Part shown: in pieces, positions 10,284 through 20,149 of the stretch
Layout of the letters: each line of letters begins with the position of its first letter
How positions within the stretch are numbered: the first letter of the stretch is position 1
From: an uncultured virus (IMG/VR IMGVR_UViG_3300007511_001544)
Taxonomy: Duplodnaviria; Heunggongvirae; Uroviricota; Caudoviricetes
IMG/VR virus record: IMGVR_UViG_3300007511_001544
Location: 62,001-118,568 of that record
DNA: 56,568 nt
Reading direction: 5' to 3' (one strand)
Position numbers and translations under genes: made by a program
The notes under the pieces: model-generated
What the model was told of the DNA's origin: nothing
The model's input: only the letters and a program-made list of their open reading frames with translations
The model's database searches: none

Positions 10284-10608
10284 GGTGGAGGTAGGGAGAA
10301 TCGAACTCCCGTCTTGCCTAGTTCTATAGAAGGGGTCATTCACAAGGTTGGGTCTGTTTTTTTCGTCAGACAGCCCGCTTGACTAGATCGTTTTATTGCG
10401 GCTAAAACAATCAAAAGCACTTAGGACACCCAAATACGGCTTTCTGTTTATTGGCTGCCGTCGCCTCATGGGAGGTCAGGTTTTTAAGCTGCCATCTCCA
10501 TTTCGAAATCGTCATTGGCGATTAAAGTTTTAAGCGTTTTTAGTGAGCCACGCTTCCCTCACCCTTGCACCTTTTCTATTTTCCCATCAATCGATACCGG
10601 TTACCCCC
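10283..10608 (-). ncRNA. ssrA: tmRNA; tag frame 10519-10484 encodes (A)ANDDFEMEMAA*
   Basis: 5' GGGGGTA pairs with 3' TACCTCC-ACCA including the G3:U Ala determinant; T-arm GGGAG-TTCGATT-CTCCC; AND...AA-stop tag. Confidence 0.95.
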
Positions 10609-10618
10609 TTATAATCAG

Positions 10619-10647
10619 ACTATACAATAATACGCAATAGTTGTCAA
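10619..10647 (-). promoter_or_regulatory. sigma70-type promoter of the tmRNA
   Basis: TTGACA-N17-TATAGT, 10 nt upstream of the tmRNA 5' end. Confidence 0.8.
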
Positions 10648-10738
10648 GTTATTTAATGGCAATTTGCTAGCAATAGCTTTCAGAGCTTTAAGCTGACAAG
10701 AGCAGTATAGTAGTAAATTTAAAAGTGTTAAATTAAAA

Positions 10739-11560
10739 TTAAATTGCTAATTCTTCTTCACCAGCGGCCGCTTCTCCTTCAGCGCCGGCTTCTTCTGCTT
10801 CTTCTTCGCCTTCTACTTCTTCTTCTGGTGCTGTTTCTTCTGCCTCATCTTCAGCTTTTTCTTCTTCGTATTCTGGGGTTGTCACATCTGGTAGCGAGGC
10901 TGTTAACTCATCCTCGAATTTATCAAAGTAAAGCATCATATTGGTTAAAAGATAATCATAAAATAGTTTCTTATCTTTTTCGTCAGCCAACATATCATAT
11001 GCGTCAACAATTTGTTTTTCTACGGATTTAAAAGTCTCAGCGGCAAAATTTCTACCTGTTTCATTTTGATCATCGAGTCCTGCACCAAATTCTTCTTCCT
11101 CGCCGCCCTCGATATCGATAAATTCACCTTCGACACTTTCGGAGGCATCATCCTCTGGATCCAAGTCAATCGATAACTTTTCAGAGAGTAAGTCTGGATC
11201 AATTTCATATACTATTGATTCTTCTTTCACTTCTGCCGCTTCGATGGGGTTAAGTGCGTTTTTAATGGCATGAATTATATGATTCCTAAATGACTCTCTT
11301 TGTTCTGGAGAAGTAGTCAACATACTATAATCATCTTGAATGGTTGGTATTATTTTTTTGAGTAAATCAGCCAAAACATTAATTCCAGTATGTTCGCTGG
11401 CTTCTGTAGTTCCTGTTTCCGCTTCTAAAATCCTTCTTATTGCAGATCTTAGTTTCTGTTCCTGAAGTTTTTTAGAGGATGCCGCCTTGTATATCCGCTT
11501 CCTGACATGTTCACGAATAAGCTGCTCGGCAATTAATTTATTTCTGTTGATTTTTTTCAT
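10739..11560 (-). CDS. Hypothetical acidic protein, possibly head/scaffold associated
   Basis: 273 aa ORF, Glu-rich C-terminus, N-terminal LRxxIRxILE helix. Confidence 0.6.
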   Translation of the reverse strand: MKKINRNKLIAEQLIREHVRKRIYKAASSKKLQEQKLRSAIRRILEAETGTTEASEHTGINVLADLLKKIIPTIQDDYSMLTTSPEQRESFRNHIIHAIKNALNPIEAAEVKEESIVYEIDPDLLSEKLSIDLDPEDDASESVEGEFIDIEGGEEEEFGAGLDDQNETGRNFAAETFKSVEKQIVDAYDMLADEKDKKLFYDYLLTNMMLYFDKFEDELTASLPDVTTPEYEEEKAEDEAEETAPEEEVEGEEEAEEAGAEGEAAAGEEELAI

Positions 11561-11570
11561 GGTTCTATAA

Positions 11571-13544
11571 TTATCTCCGCCTTTGGCGTTTAGCTCTTTT
11601 AACCTTGGGTTTTTTAGTTTTCCTATAAGGGTTATAGCGATTGGGACGACCGCTCCAAGCCCCAGGACCTATTTCAGCCGACCCAGCAGACATAGCTGAC
11701 ATTTCCTCTATAGTCGAGTCTATGATATTATTTATGGCTTCATTTGGGCTTGTCAGTATATTGTATGCTGCCTCTTTCTCTTCAGCATTTAAATGACGAG
11801 GGAGGTTTGCTTTAAATTCGTTTTTTCCTTCTTCACCTTGTAATAGCAAATTTCTCATTTGTGTTCCGCTTACTCCTCCTGCAAAAAGGGGAGTTATTAC
11901 AGGCTCGACACTTACACCAGGGTTATGTCTTTCAGCATATGATTGGGCTCTATCAAATCTTGTATCATCAACGTCTTTTTCGCTTTTCCCCAAAAGAGCA
12001 ACATCTCCCTCTTTAAACACAGAGTTATCTGCTACTAGTTCATACACATCTCCAACTGGCGATGGGGTCGTTCCTGCTTGAACTTTAATTTTTGGAAAAT
12101 CTTTGGTATAAAGATCCCATAGTTTAACGGACATATCAACAGTTACAGGAGGTCTTGATTTGGTAGAAACAATTACTATTACTTCGTCAACATCATTTTT
12201 GTTTGCAAAGTATTTGGCAAGCAAAAAATGTCCGGCATGAGGAGGTTTAAAACCCCCTGGGATTAGGGCTATTCGTTTTCCTTCTTTTTTTGTCAATACC
12301 TGCCCAGTGGTAGCTAGAGCTTCTACGGTTACTTTCTTTTGTTTACCGCCATATTTAAACAACCCAAGAATTTGATTTAAGGGGGCAAAATTACCAGTTA
12401 ATTTATACATGTGCCCGTCATAATCAAAGACAATCCCCTCGGCAGGAGTTGTTAAATTGCTCATATCTTTTATCTTATTTAAGTGAACTTGCATCACTTC
12501 CATGCTTTGTGGATCTTCTGGTCCTGCTTCTGCTATCTCCTTGACGGCATTTGCAAGTTCGGTTCGTTGCCGTTGCACTTCCGCATCAGTATCAACAATG
12601 AACATACTTTCTAATCCCTTGAGAACCTCGACTGCAAAATCGTGAACAATTAATTCTAATGGCTGAATTGCTTGTTTTAATAGGATGGGCTTATTTCTAA
12701 CAATATTTGTTAAATCTGATACCTCTTCTGGGTTCATTCGTTTTTTTAATTCTCTAAGACCAATATTATCAGGTAGCTTTAAAAGGTACTTTATTGCTTC
12801 TGTTTTTAACTCGTCAGAAAAATTTACCTCTATACCTTGCCGTAGTCGGTTAAAAACATATTGACCAACCCGATCAGAATCAGACACATCAGCTTCAGAC
12901 ATAGCATTTCCCAGAGATGCATATGCTTTCTTGAGTGCTTCTTCATCTTCTAATTTTTCTAGTTTTATGATGGCACTTCTAACAAAAGAAAATCTATCTT
13001 CTGATAAGGAATCTTGCATTTGTCTTAGGCGACTATCCAATGCTGCAAGATTTGCAGACACATCTTCGTCTGTTTTCTCTCCGGACTCTTTGTCAAATTT
13101 AAAATGACCTCTATCATGTATTTTGAGTGTCTTAGAATCGTAATTGATTACATTTCTAGACTCAGGGTCCATAATTTCAGCGTTATACCAAATATCAGCG
13201 TTTGGTCCGAAGATAGCTAATTTCTCTTCGTCGCTCAAGGTTTCCACCGCTCTTTCAAAAGCAGCAAATCCTTCTACAAATGTTTTCTCAAGGTTGCCCC
13301 GCCCTGCAAACTTTGTTGCCAATTGAACGGCATCTAATCCGTTCCCTCTAAGATTTCCTTTGTTTCGTGCGCCCTTTGCTTTGCCTTCGGGTATAGAATA
13401 AGAAAGAAAAAGATTTTGCCCGTCAACTTTCTCTTCCACTTCGAGGTCAGCCTCAGCAACAGCAGCCATTATTTCCTTCATTTTACTGAAGGTTAAATTA
13501 GGATTATCATATAGGTGGGACATGTGTCCGGCAATGCCACCCAT
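11571..13544 (-). CDS. Fusion of a ligase-like nucleotidyltransferase domain and a HIGH-family cytidylyltransferase domain
   Basis: EEKVDGQN (KxDG), NAEIM, EGIV, YKL; then PGGFKPPHAGH and SGTQMR. Confidence 0.7.
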   Translation of the reverse strand: MGGIAGHMSHLYDNPNLTFSKMKEIMAAVAEADLEVEEKVDGQNLFLSYSIPEGKAKGARNKGNLRGNGLDAVQLATKFAGRGNLEKTFVEGFAAFERAVETLSDEEKLAIFGPNADIWYNAEIMDPESRNVINYDSKTLKIHDRGHFKFDKESGEKTDEDVSANLAALDSRLRQMQDSLSEDRFSFVRSAIIKLEKLEDEEALKKAYASLGNAMSEADVSDSDRVGQYVFNRLRQGIEVNFSDELKTEAIKYLLKLPDNIGLRELKKRMNPEEVSDLTNIVRNKPILLKQAIQPLELIVHDFAVEVLKGLESMFIVDTDAEVQRQRTELANAVKEIAEAGPEDPQSMEVMQVHLNKIKDMSNLTTPAEGIVFDYDGHMYKLTGNFAPLNQILGLFKYGGKQKKVTVEALATTGQVLTKKEGKRIALIPGGFKPPHAGHFLLAKYFANKNDVDEVIVIVSTKSRPPVTVDMSVKLWDLYTKDFPKIKVQAGTTPSPVGDVYELVADNSVFKEGDVALLGKSEKDVDDTRFDRAQSYAERHNPGVSVEPVITPLFAGGVSGTQMRNLLLQGEEGKNEFKANLPRHLNAEEKEAAYNILTSPNEAINNIIDSTIEEMSAMSAGSAEIGPGAWSGRPNRYNPYRKTKKPKVKRAKRQRRR

Positions 13545-13793
13545 TTATTTTTCCTCTTTTAAAAGATTTAACTCTTCTTCGAGAGCCTCGACTCTTTCAT
13601 TTAAAGATTTCATTTGTCTTTTTATACCACGAATATGTTCTTTTGCAAGTTTTAAACGATTGGTATCTCTTTTGTTTGTTACCCTGATATTTGACACTAT
13701 GTCGCTTAAAGCCTGTATGGAAGCAAAAGCATCAAAAGTGTATGCCTCCTTTAAAAGGAATTTTTTAGTGACCTCGTTTAGAATAGATTTCAT
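13545..13793 (-). CDS. Small coiled-coil hypothetical protein
   Basis: 82 aa ORF, GGAG RBS, abuts the next gene. Confidence 0.7.
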   Translation of the reverse strand: MKSILNEVTKKFLLKEAYTFDAFASIQALSDIVSNIRVTNKRDTNRLKLAKEHIRGIKRQMKSLNERVEALEEELNLLKEEK

Positions 13794-13836
13794 TTTTATC
13801 TCCCAGGCTGGTTATTATAAGTAGTTAGGATCAGTG

Positions 13837-14184
13837 TTAACAACTACTGCTAGTCATGGTTATAGTTCCCTCATTGGAAACCGTCATCGAGTAACATGTA
13901 CCATCTCCTGCTTTTAGAACCACAGTATTCGAAGCAAAGCTTTGAGAAATTGCTGTCATAATACCCCCGTTTGTTACACCAATTGAATAATAATCTCCAT
14001 TTGGAGATTGCAAACTAAGAGAACCAACGGACCCGCCGCCCAAAATCTCGCCCGCCGTAGCGGGGGTGATAGAGGCTATTTGGTCATCTACTCCTGTAGC
14101 GGTTAAAAAGTTTCCACTTACATTAGGTGAGATGGTTCTCACATCGGTCAATGGTCCTGTTTGTCTTCTGTTAATAATTCCCAT
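13837..14184 (-). CDS. Hypothetical protein, virion-like (LQSPNG repeat)
   Basis: Gly/Ser/Thr-rich; two copies of L.S..G..Y.I.V.N.G. Confidence 0.55.
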   Translation of the reverse strand: MGIINRRQTGPLTDVRTISPNVSGNFLTATGVDDQIASITPATAGEILGGGSVGSLSLQSPNGDYYSIGVTNGGIMTAISQSFASNTVVLKAGDGTCYSMTVSNEGTITMTSSSC

Positions 14185-14186
14185 GT

Positions 14187-14732
14187 TTATTCGCTCGCAT
14201 CAAACCCAGCAAGACGATCATTGGGATTGATCCTCTTTCTTCGAATTACATACCCGTGCAAACTTATTCGGCTATGTACAGATCCACTTGCATATAAAAC
14301 AGTAGGAGTTTGTTCATCAAAAGATGTAACAGGAATTCCAGGCCAAATCATGACGGCGCTGCTTGAGGGGTATAGTGTTGTAATAATCGTATTACGATTT
14401 TTGGTAAATCCAGCAGCAAATGTTCTATCATCATCAAACCATATTGATATTTCCGCACTAGAGCTACCATTGTTTACTGCCCATAAATACAACTCGTCCA
14501 TATCAGATAAAGAACCAGAATGAATACTCATAATCTGAGGTGTTCCAGATCCGGAGGATACTACACAAGGCCAAAAAGAGGAGGAATTTGTAACTGTTAA
14601 AGCAAAGTCATGTCCGCTAGGGTCTTGTCCACAACCAGCGTGCGACAAACTAACCCTAATACTGCCAACATTCCCTGCTGGTGATAAAGTATTTCCGAGA
14701 ACTTTTTGAGTACGTCCGTTAAATCCAGGCAT
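14187..14732 (-). CDS. Hypothetical virion-like protein, paralog of 14732-15295
   Basis: Shared DELYLWA.N, WPGIP/YPGIP and GYV.R motifs. Confidence 0.6.
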   Translation of the reverse strand: MPGFNGRTQKVLGNTLSPAGNVGSIRVSLSHAGCGQDPSGHDFALTVTNSSSFWPCVVSSGSGTPQIMSIHSGSLSDMDELYLWAVNNGSSSAEISIWFDDDRTFAAGFTKNRNTIITTLYPSSSAVMIWPGIPVTSFDEQTPTVLYASGSVHSRISLHGYVIRRKRINPNDRLAGFDASE

Positions 14733-15295
14733 TAGTCTGTACCGTCATATCCTTGATTTATATCCGTCTTACTTACTCTGTGTTTTCTCATTACAAATCC
14801 AGATAAATATATTTGCGAATTTGACGATACTGCAAAAATTGCATCATTGTTTGTGTGAGGGATCCCTGGATAGACAAGCTCCATTCCCGACTTTGAGCTA
14901 ACTGTTGTGACAACTCGCCAAGGAGCATTTAAAGCGTACTCAAGATCTGCATCAGCAGGCGTGTTACCGTCAACCATGTACCCCCCAGATACAAAAGATA
15001 CAGTAATTTGGGCTGCTGTTTCTCCAGCGTTTGACGCCCATAAATAAACTTCATCAAGAGCACTTAAATCAGCGACATGCACACAAGCCGAAGCCTCTGG
15101 TGCTGCTGTGCTGCCTGAGCCGGATATAAGCATAGGAGTTCCGTTGTGAAAATTATTATTAATCTCATTGTAGTGCCTGCCAAAACTGGCAGGATATCGT
15201 GTTGCAAATGGTTGCAAAGCAACCCGAGAAGTTCCTTTAGAGAAAGGTTTTAAATTTGTACCCTGTGGAGTTTTAGTGTTGTTACTAAATGCCAT
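14732..15295 (-). CDS. Hypothetical virion-like protein, paralog of 14187-14732
   Basis: DEVYLWASN, YPGIP, GFVMR; GAGG RBS. Confidence 0.6.
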   Translation of the reverse strand: MAFSNNTKTPQGTNLKPFSKGTSRVALQPFATRYPASFGRHYNEINNNFHNGTPMLISGSGSTAAPEASACVHVADLSALDEVYLWASNAGETAAQITVSFVSGGYMVDGNTPADADLEYALNAPWRVVTTVSSKSGMELVYPGIPHTNNDAIFAVSSNSQIYLSGFVMRKHRVSKTDINQGYDGTD

Positions 15296-15329
15296 TTGGA
15301 CACCTCACGAAGTTTTCCATATAAATACT

Positions 15330-16220
15330 TCAGTTCCCAAAAACTTTCTCAAGCTTTGCTTCCATTTTTTGAATCCATAGGCGATCTATTTGAGTATTTA
15401 TTCTTGGGGTATTGCTCTTTTCCCAAAGTTCCATTTCGCCTTTTGCTATTGCTTTTTTGAGAAATATTTTAATAGCAACTAAAGGAGAGGAAAGTCCAAC
15501 ATTCTCCATCATTGAATAGCCCGCAAAAATAACTCCCACCAATTCATTGTCTTTGTTGATAATGGGTGAACCACTTGAGCCTGGTTTTGTAGGGAGGGTA
15601 TAAACTGAATATCCTTTATCATGATAACCTGAAAATTGTCCCTTAAAGACCAGTACTGTTCCTGGCCAAAATAATCCGTGGGGAGCAGCCATATTCGTGA
15701 CTGTTTCTCCCCTTTTTGGTTCTTTGTCTGCGATCCTTAAAGTAGGAGGATTTAAAAGAACATTCGAAGCACGCAACAAACACAAGTCAAAGCGCCGGTT
15801 TATCATAATCACTTCCGCATCATGATGAAAACCATTTAGATCAACTGCTTTGAATGTAGATCCTTTATTTTCAATTCTAAACCCTTCGATGATTTGTGTT
15901 TTTGGGAATTTAGTTTCACATGAATGTCCGGCAGTTAACACATATGAAGTACCTTGAGAAACTTCGCTATGAAATACATACGCTCCAGAGGAAACATACT
16001 GCATAACAGCTTTTTGACATTTTTCCTCTTTTGTTTCGGCATCAATCCCGCACCCCTCAACCTCAACAGAGTGCTTTATCTGAACAAAGGCATGTCGTGG
16101 TAATATTTCTTCTGAAACTTGGGGTTTATTGTTAACTGTTACGCAACCGCTGACACAACTTGTAAGTAAAAGTAACGATAATATAAGAAACTTGACGTAA
16201 ATTGGTGATTTTTTTATCAT
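15330..16220 (-). CDS. Trypsin-like serine protease with signal peptide/lipobox
   Basis: LTAGH, DLCLL and PGSSGSP catalytic triad motifs; hydrophobic N-terminus ending in Cys. Confidence 0.88.
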   Translation of the reverse strand: MIKKSPIYVKFLILSLLLLTSCVSGCVTVNNKPQVSEEILPRHAFVQIKHSVEVEGCGIDAETKEEKCQKAVMQYVSSGAYVFHSEVSQGTSYVLTAGHSCETKFPKTQIIEGFRIENKGSTFKAVDLNGFHHDAEVIMINRRFDLCLLRASNVLLNPPTLRIADKEPKRGETVTNMAAPHGLFWPGTVLVFKGQFSGYHDKGYSVYTLPTKPGSSGSPIINKDNELVGVIFAGYSMMENVGLSSPLVAIKIFLKKAIAKGEMELWEKSNTPRINTQIDRLWIQKMEAKLEKVFGN

Positions 16221-16301
16221 AGTAAAGTAACTAGATTGAAAGGGGACTATTTATCCGTAGTAAATCAACACACTAGATTTGCTGTAAGGAATATCAATAA
16301 C

Positions 16302-16565
16302 ATGTTAAGCAGCACCATATTATCAGGATTACTGATACTTTCGTCACAAACTACAGAGTTTCCAGATATTTGGAAAAAGATAGAGGGCAAGTGGTCCTAT
16401 ATTGGACAAGTTAAAGAGGTAAAAGAAAAACCTCAGATTCTAGTTTGGATAGAAAAGAAAACAAAAAGCAAAACCAAAAACATAGTTACTAAAGAGATAA
16501 AAAAGATGCCATTCATCATTTTGTCTCCCAAAGGAGAGGTACTGGATCTAGAACCACTCCAATAA
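16302..16565 (+). CDS. Small exported hypothetical protein
   Basis: ATG 16302 after AAGGA; hydrophobic N-terminus. Confidence 0.5.
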   Translation: MLSSTILSGLLILSSQTTEFPDIWKKIEGKWSYIGQVKEVKEKPQILVWIEKKTKSKTKNIVTKEIKKMPFIILSPKGEVLDLEPLQ

Positions 16566-16576
16566 GGAGCGGTTTT

Positions 16577-17053
16577 ATGTTTCGTGTTCCGAAAACTAAA
16601 TTAAGAGTTACGCTGTTGGGAATATTGGCACTTTCGTGTGCTGTAGCCCTCCATTTTCAGATTAAAGCAAACAACCTATATCAAACCATAATTCCAAAGA
16701 AATCAACTTATTATACACCGGGACAAAATGACAATTGTAAATGGGTTGTCCACGTTAGTGATAAAATAACCACCGAACCAGGCTCTAATTCAGCCATACA
16801 AATTGGTATCCCTGATGTTATAAAAGATGGTTACATTGCCGGCATTTTACAGAATGCACCGGGCGATTCTCTTTTGTTTGCTTTTAAAATCCCAACACAA
16901 TCTAAAAATAGTCCGCCGTTGATTATGACCCATGTCTATGATAAAGAACACCTCCCGCTTAAAAAAGCACGATTTCGAGTTTTTAATAGCACCGCCTTAA
17001 CCATGGTTCTTTATAGTACTTATGAGGCTTGTATTGAGGCTACAATGGAATGA
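16577..17053 (+). CDS. Membrane-anchored or exported hypothetical protein
   Basis: AAGGAG RBS, N-terminal hydrophobic helix, ATGA coupling to the next gene. Confidence 0.7.
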   Translation: MFRVPKTKLRVTLLGILALSCAVALHFQIKANNLYQTIIPKKSTYYTPGQNDNCKWVVHVSDKITTEPGSNSAIQIGIPDVIKDGYIAGILQNAPGDSLLFAFKIPTQSKNSPPLIMTHVYDKEHLPLKKARFRVFNSTALTMVLYSTYEACIEATME

Positions 17054-18318
17054 AACGTTGGGGTTTATTTTTTGTTCCCTTGGTTTTAACCGCCTGCCAG
17101 GCTTGTCTAGATGATGACCAGTTGGTTGCCTTGGAATGTTCACCCGGCACTGTTGAAGTGTGTGATCACAACGGACAGATCCTAACATCCCTTAATCCCA
17201 AAGATCCTCCTGAAAAAGCTGGTATTTGCAGGTACGGTGCTAGAACCTGTACGTTTGATGGGTGGACCGAGTGCATCGGAGCAGCAGGACCAGAAGAAGA
17301 AGTTTGTGATGGATTAGATAACGACTGTAATTTATTAATAGATGAAACGTTTCCAGAACAACATCAACTATGTGGATTTGTAGAGGGTGCTGATTATGGT
17401 GTTGGTATTTGCACCCCAGGTGTGATGAAATGTGATAATGGAAGTCTTTATTGCGATGGGCATGTTGGACCTTCGGAAGAAACCTGCGACGGCTTGGATA
17501 ATAATTGTGATGGAACGGTTGATGAAGGAGTAGCTAATACTACGGCAATTGTCTGTTATGATGGTCCCGAAGGTTCAATGGCTATTGGCGAGTGTCGTGC
17601 GGGTGTTCGTTATTGTCAGGATGGTGGGTTTGATGGACCTTGCGATGGGCAAGTTCTTCCCGTTGAAGAAATCTGCGACAACCTTGATAACGACTGCGAC
17701 GGCGAAGTAGACGAAGGTTTTGATACTCGTGGTGTAGATCTTGTTTTTGTTATTGATATTTCCGGCTCTTTTGATGATGAGATAGAGTCCATGATAGAAG
17801 GAATTACTCCGCTTTTAGATGATCCGATAACGAGCAACTTTCGGTTTGGTTTAGCAGTGATAGGCAGACAAAATTCAGGTGGCGGAACCCCGCTGACCAC
17901 CCGACACTCTGAAATGGTAAATGATTTTGTTCCCGCTGATGAATTCCTGCAATATTTGCAGGCTATCCAATTAATGGATGATGGTGGTATTGAGCCATCA
18001 ATAGATGTGACCTTGTGGTCGATGGAGGGTTTGTATCCTTTTTCGTGGACCACGGGGAACCAAAAAGTAATAATCTTAATGACTGATGAAATAGCTCAAA
18101 CTATTACAGGAAGGAATGTAACTGAGGTTAATGATTATGCTGTTAATAATGGGTTTGAGATATTTGTTTTCGCTCTCCCCGAACACCATAATTCATTTTT
18201 GGGGATGGTAAGAGGAGAACAGAGTCGCCTTTATACTCCTGTGGTGAATTCAGAGACTGTTTTTATGCAGATCCGCCAGATCTTTGAAGATCTTTGTATT
18301 GGTCAGGGTGATCCATAG
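17050..18318 (+). CDS. Lipoprotein with three E.CDGLDNDCDG.VDE (MopE-like metal-binding) repeats and a C-terminal vWA domain
   Basis: Lipobox LTAC; repeats visible; MIDAS DISGS and LMTDE. Confidence 0.85.
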   Translation: MKRWGLFFVPLVLTACQACLDDDQLVALECSPGTVEVCDHNGQILTSLNPKDPPEKAGICRYGARTCTFDGWTECIGAAGPEEEVCDGLDNDCNLLIDETFPEQHQLCGFVEGADYGVGICTPGVMKCDNGSLYCDGHVGPSEETCDGLDNNCDGTVDEGVANTTAIVCYDGPEGSMAIGECRAGVRYCQDGGFDGPCDGQVLPVEEICDNLDNDCDGEVDEGFDTRGVDLVFVIDISGSFDDEIESMIEGITPLLDDPITSNFRFGLAVIGRQNSGGGTPLTTRHSEMVNDFVPADEFLQYLQAIQLMDDGGIEPSIDVTLWSMEGLYPFSWTTGNQKVIILMTDEIAQTITGRNVTEVNDYAVNNGFEIFVFALPEHHNSFLGMVRGEQSRLYTPVVNSETVFMQIRQIFEDLCIGQGDP

Positions 18319-18348
18319 ATAACACTTTAAAATCTATTTTTTTTGATT

Positions 18349-18918
18349 TCATTTTATACTCCCCTTTAACTGATTTATTATTAGGTTGATAACTGAATCT
18401 TTGTCTTGTTGAGATTTAGCATTATAAAAAGCCCAAGATGCAGAATTCTTTTTTGCATTTATTTCCTCTGACAAAGAAGTGATGTTGTTTTGCAACAATA
18501 AAAATGAACTTGGAGATAATTCAAACAAGTCAATGTTAAGCAGCCCAGCAAGATTCAACAAAGTTGCTAAATTATTTTCTTGATATGCCAAGGATGCTTC
18601 GGAAAACATTTCTGCTTTACTATTATCTCCAGTTTTGTCTGGGTGTGTTTTTTCTGCTATTTTTCTATATAATTTTCTAATATCATTGTTCTTTTTCTTT
18701 GTGTCTATTTCTTCTATTTCTTCTATTTCTTCTATTGTCTTTGTTTCTTCTATTGGTGAAGTCTTGCTAGAGAACAATGATTCATATTCATCAGGATATT
18801 TTTCTTTTATTGCTTCATTTATTTGTTTATCCATTTGTAAACATATGTCATCCACTTCCTCTTTTTCAAGAAGTAGAAAGGAATATTGGAGGCTAAGTTT
18901 TTTGAATTTGCGGGACAT
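18349..18918 (-). CDS. J-domain (DnaJ-like) protein
   Basis: IRKLYRKIAEKTHPDK...F.EA..AY. Confidence 0.75.
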   Translation of the reverse strand: MSRKFKKLSLQYSFLLLEKEEVDDICLQMDKQINEAIKEKYPDEYESLFSSKTSPIEETKTIEEIEEIEEIDTKKKNNDIRKLYRKIAEKTHPDKTGDNSKAEMFSEASLAYQENNLATLLNLAGLLNIDLFELSPSSFLLLQNNITSLSEEINAKKNSASWAFYNAKSQQDKDSVINLIINQLKGSIK

Positions 18919-18946
18919 AATGTAAGCCTGTGTATAAGTGAATATT

Positions 18947-20041
18947 TTATACCGGCCAACTTCCCACTTCTAATTGTTCGACTCTAAGGATACCACCGCT
19001 AACTGAAATCATAAAATCTGCTAGGCTACCTAAGTTATCTGTTCCTTGTAAAACTATTCTGGGTATAGCTGCTGAATCAGCCGCTGTAGAAATAGCACTA
19101 CTCGATACTATTAGTGCCGGCTTATATCCCCCCCCTTGTGCTAGGGAAATATTAGAGAAAGTAGCCAAACCGCTTCCGGTCATCGATCCAGATAATTTTA
19201 AAGATACAGAGTCATCATTAAGAATCAGATTTCCAAGCGTTGATCCAACAGAGCTTGAAAGAACACCGCCAGAATTAATCTTAGTAAGATTATCAATTAC
19301 TAGACTTTGACCTGAAATACCACCAGCACCTGACATAACGCCAGCAACAGAGATCGATGCTTCTTCTGTTGTTAAAGATGCGAACGATGCAGCACCTGCA
19401 CCAGAAACCGTAGTCTTAGCAACGAGCGATGCTGAAGTCTCAATACTGTTGTTACTAAGGATCTTATGCGTAAATACATTTATTTTTACTGCGCCCGAAA
19501 CTGCTGACGGCGTAAAGCTTGCCGCAGTCAAGGTACCAGAAACATTTAGATTGTTAGTAAAAAGGTGCCCTAAAAAGGTAGCGCCGGCAGAAGAAGATAT
19601 TGTGCCCGAAAGTGTTAGAGATCTAGCATCATCATTTAATATAAGATTTCCGAGAGTAGCCCCCACAGAACTCGACAAAACACCAGCATCAGAAGCTACT
19701 AGTCCTGTTGTGTTCTGTATAATTTTTCCGGTGGATCCGTCAAATCTAGCAATGGCATTATCAGTAGCCGAGCCGGGCCCGGTTACGTCCCCGGATCCAG
19801 CGCCGCCAAGTGCTGCGCTCAGATAGTTAAGAGCTTGGATAACGGAACCAGACGCATTACCAAAACTATCACTAAGATAGAAGCGACTCCATTCATTGGT
19901 GGTTAATCCGCTTAGTCCGCCAAGAACTGTTCCTGAAACTGGAAGTGCTAAAAACTCTTGTCCCGAGCCAGTGACAATTCCACCGAGCATTTCTGCATTT
20001 GCTATAAAAGAACCGCTTGCGCCTACCAGTCCGAAAGCCAA
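18947..20041 (-). CDS. Fibre-like virion protein, short paralog
   Basis: GDVTGP.SATDNAIARFDG tail-fibre-like motif, Gly/Ser repeats, termini near-identical to 20150-22390; TTG start. Confidence 0.65.
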   Translation of the reverse strand: MAFGLVGASGSFIANAEMLGGIVTGSGQEFLALPVSGTVLGGLSGLTTNEWSRFYLSDSFGNASGSVIQALNYLSAALGGAGSGDVTGPGSATDNAIARFDGSTGKIIQNTTGLVASDAGVLSSSVGATLGNLILNDDARSLTLSGTISSSAGATFLGHLFTNNLNVSGTLTAASFTPSAVSGAVKINVFTHKILSNNSIETSASLVAKTTVSGAGAASFASLTTEEASISVAGVMSGAGGISGQSLVIDNLTKINSGGVLSSSVGSTLGNLILNDDSVSLKLSGSMTGSGLATFSNISLAQGGGYKPALIVSSSAISTAADSAAIPRIVLQGTDNLGSLADFMISVSGGILRVEQLEVGSWPV

Positions 20042-20096
20042 TTAAATAACCCCTCTAGTGTTCTCCTTTCGTGGAGCCTTTAAATAAATAGTAAAT

Positions 20097-20126
20097 AAAA
20101 AAAGAAGGGACCGAAGTCCCTTCTTT
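20097..20126 (-). terminator. Rho-independent terminator
   Basis: AAAGAAGGGAC-TTCG-GTCCCTTCTTT followed by a T run. Confidence 0.85.
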
Positions 20127-20149
20127 ATAAAACAGATTGTTTTAAAACT

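Noticed and set aside
10212..10343. N-terminal extension of PhoH in the ORF track
   Set aside because: It runs through the tmRNA 3' end and terminator; the PIN domain and RBS point to ATG 10211.
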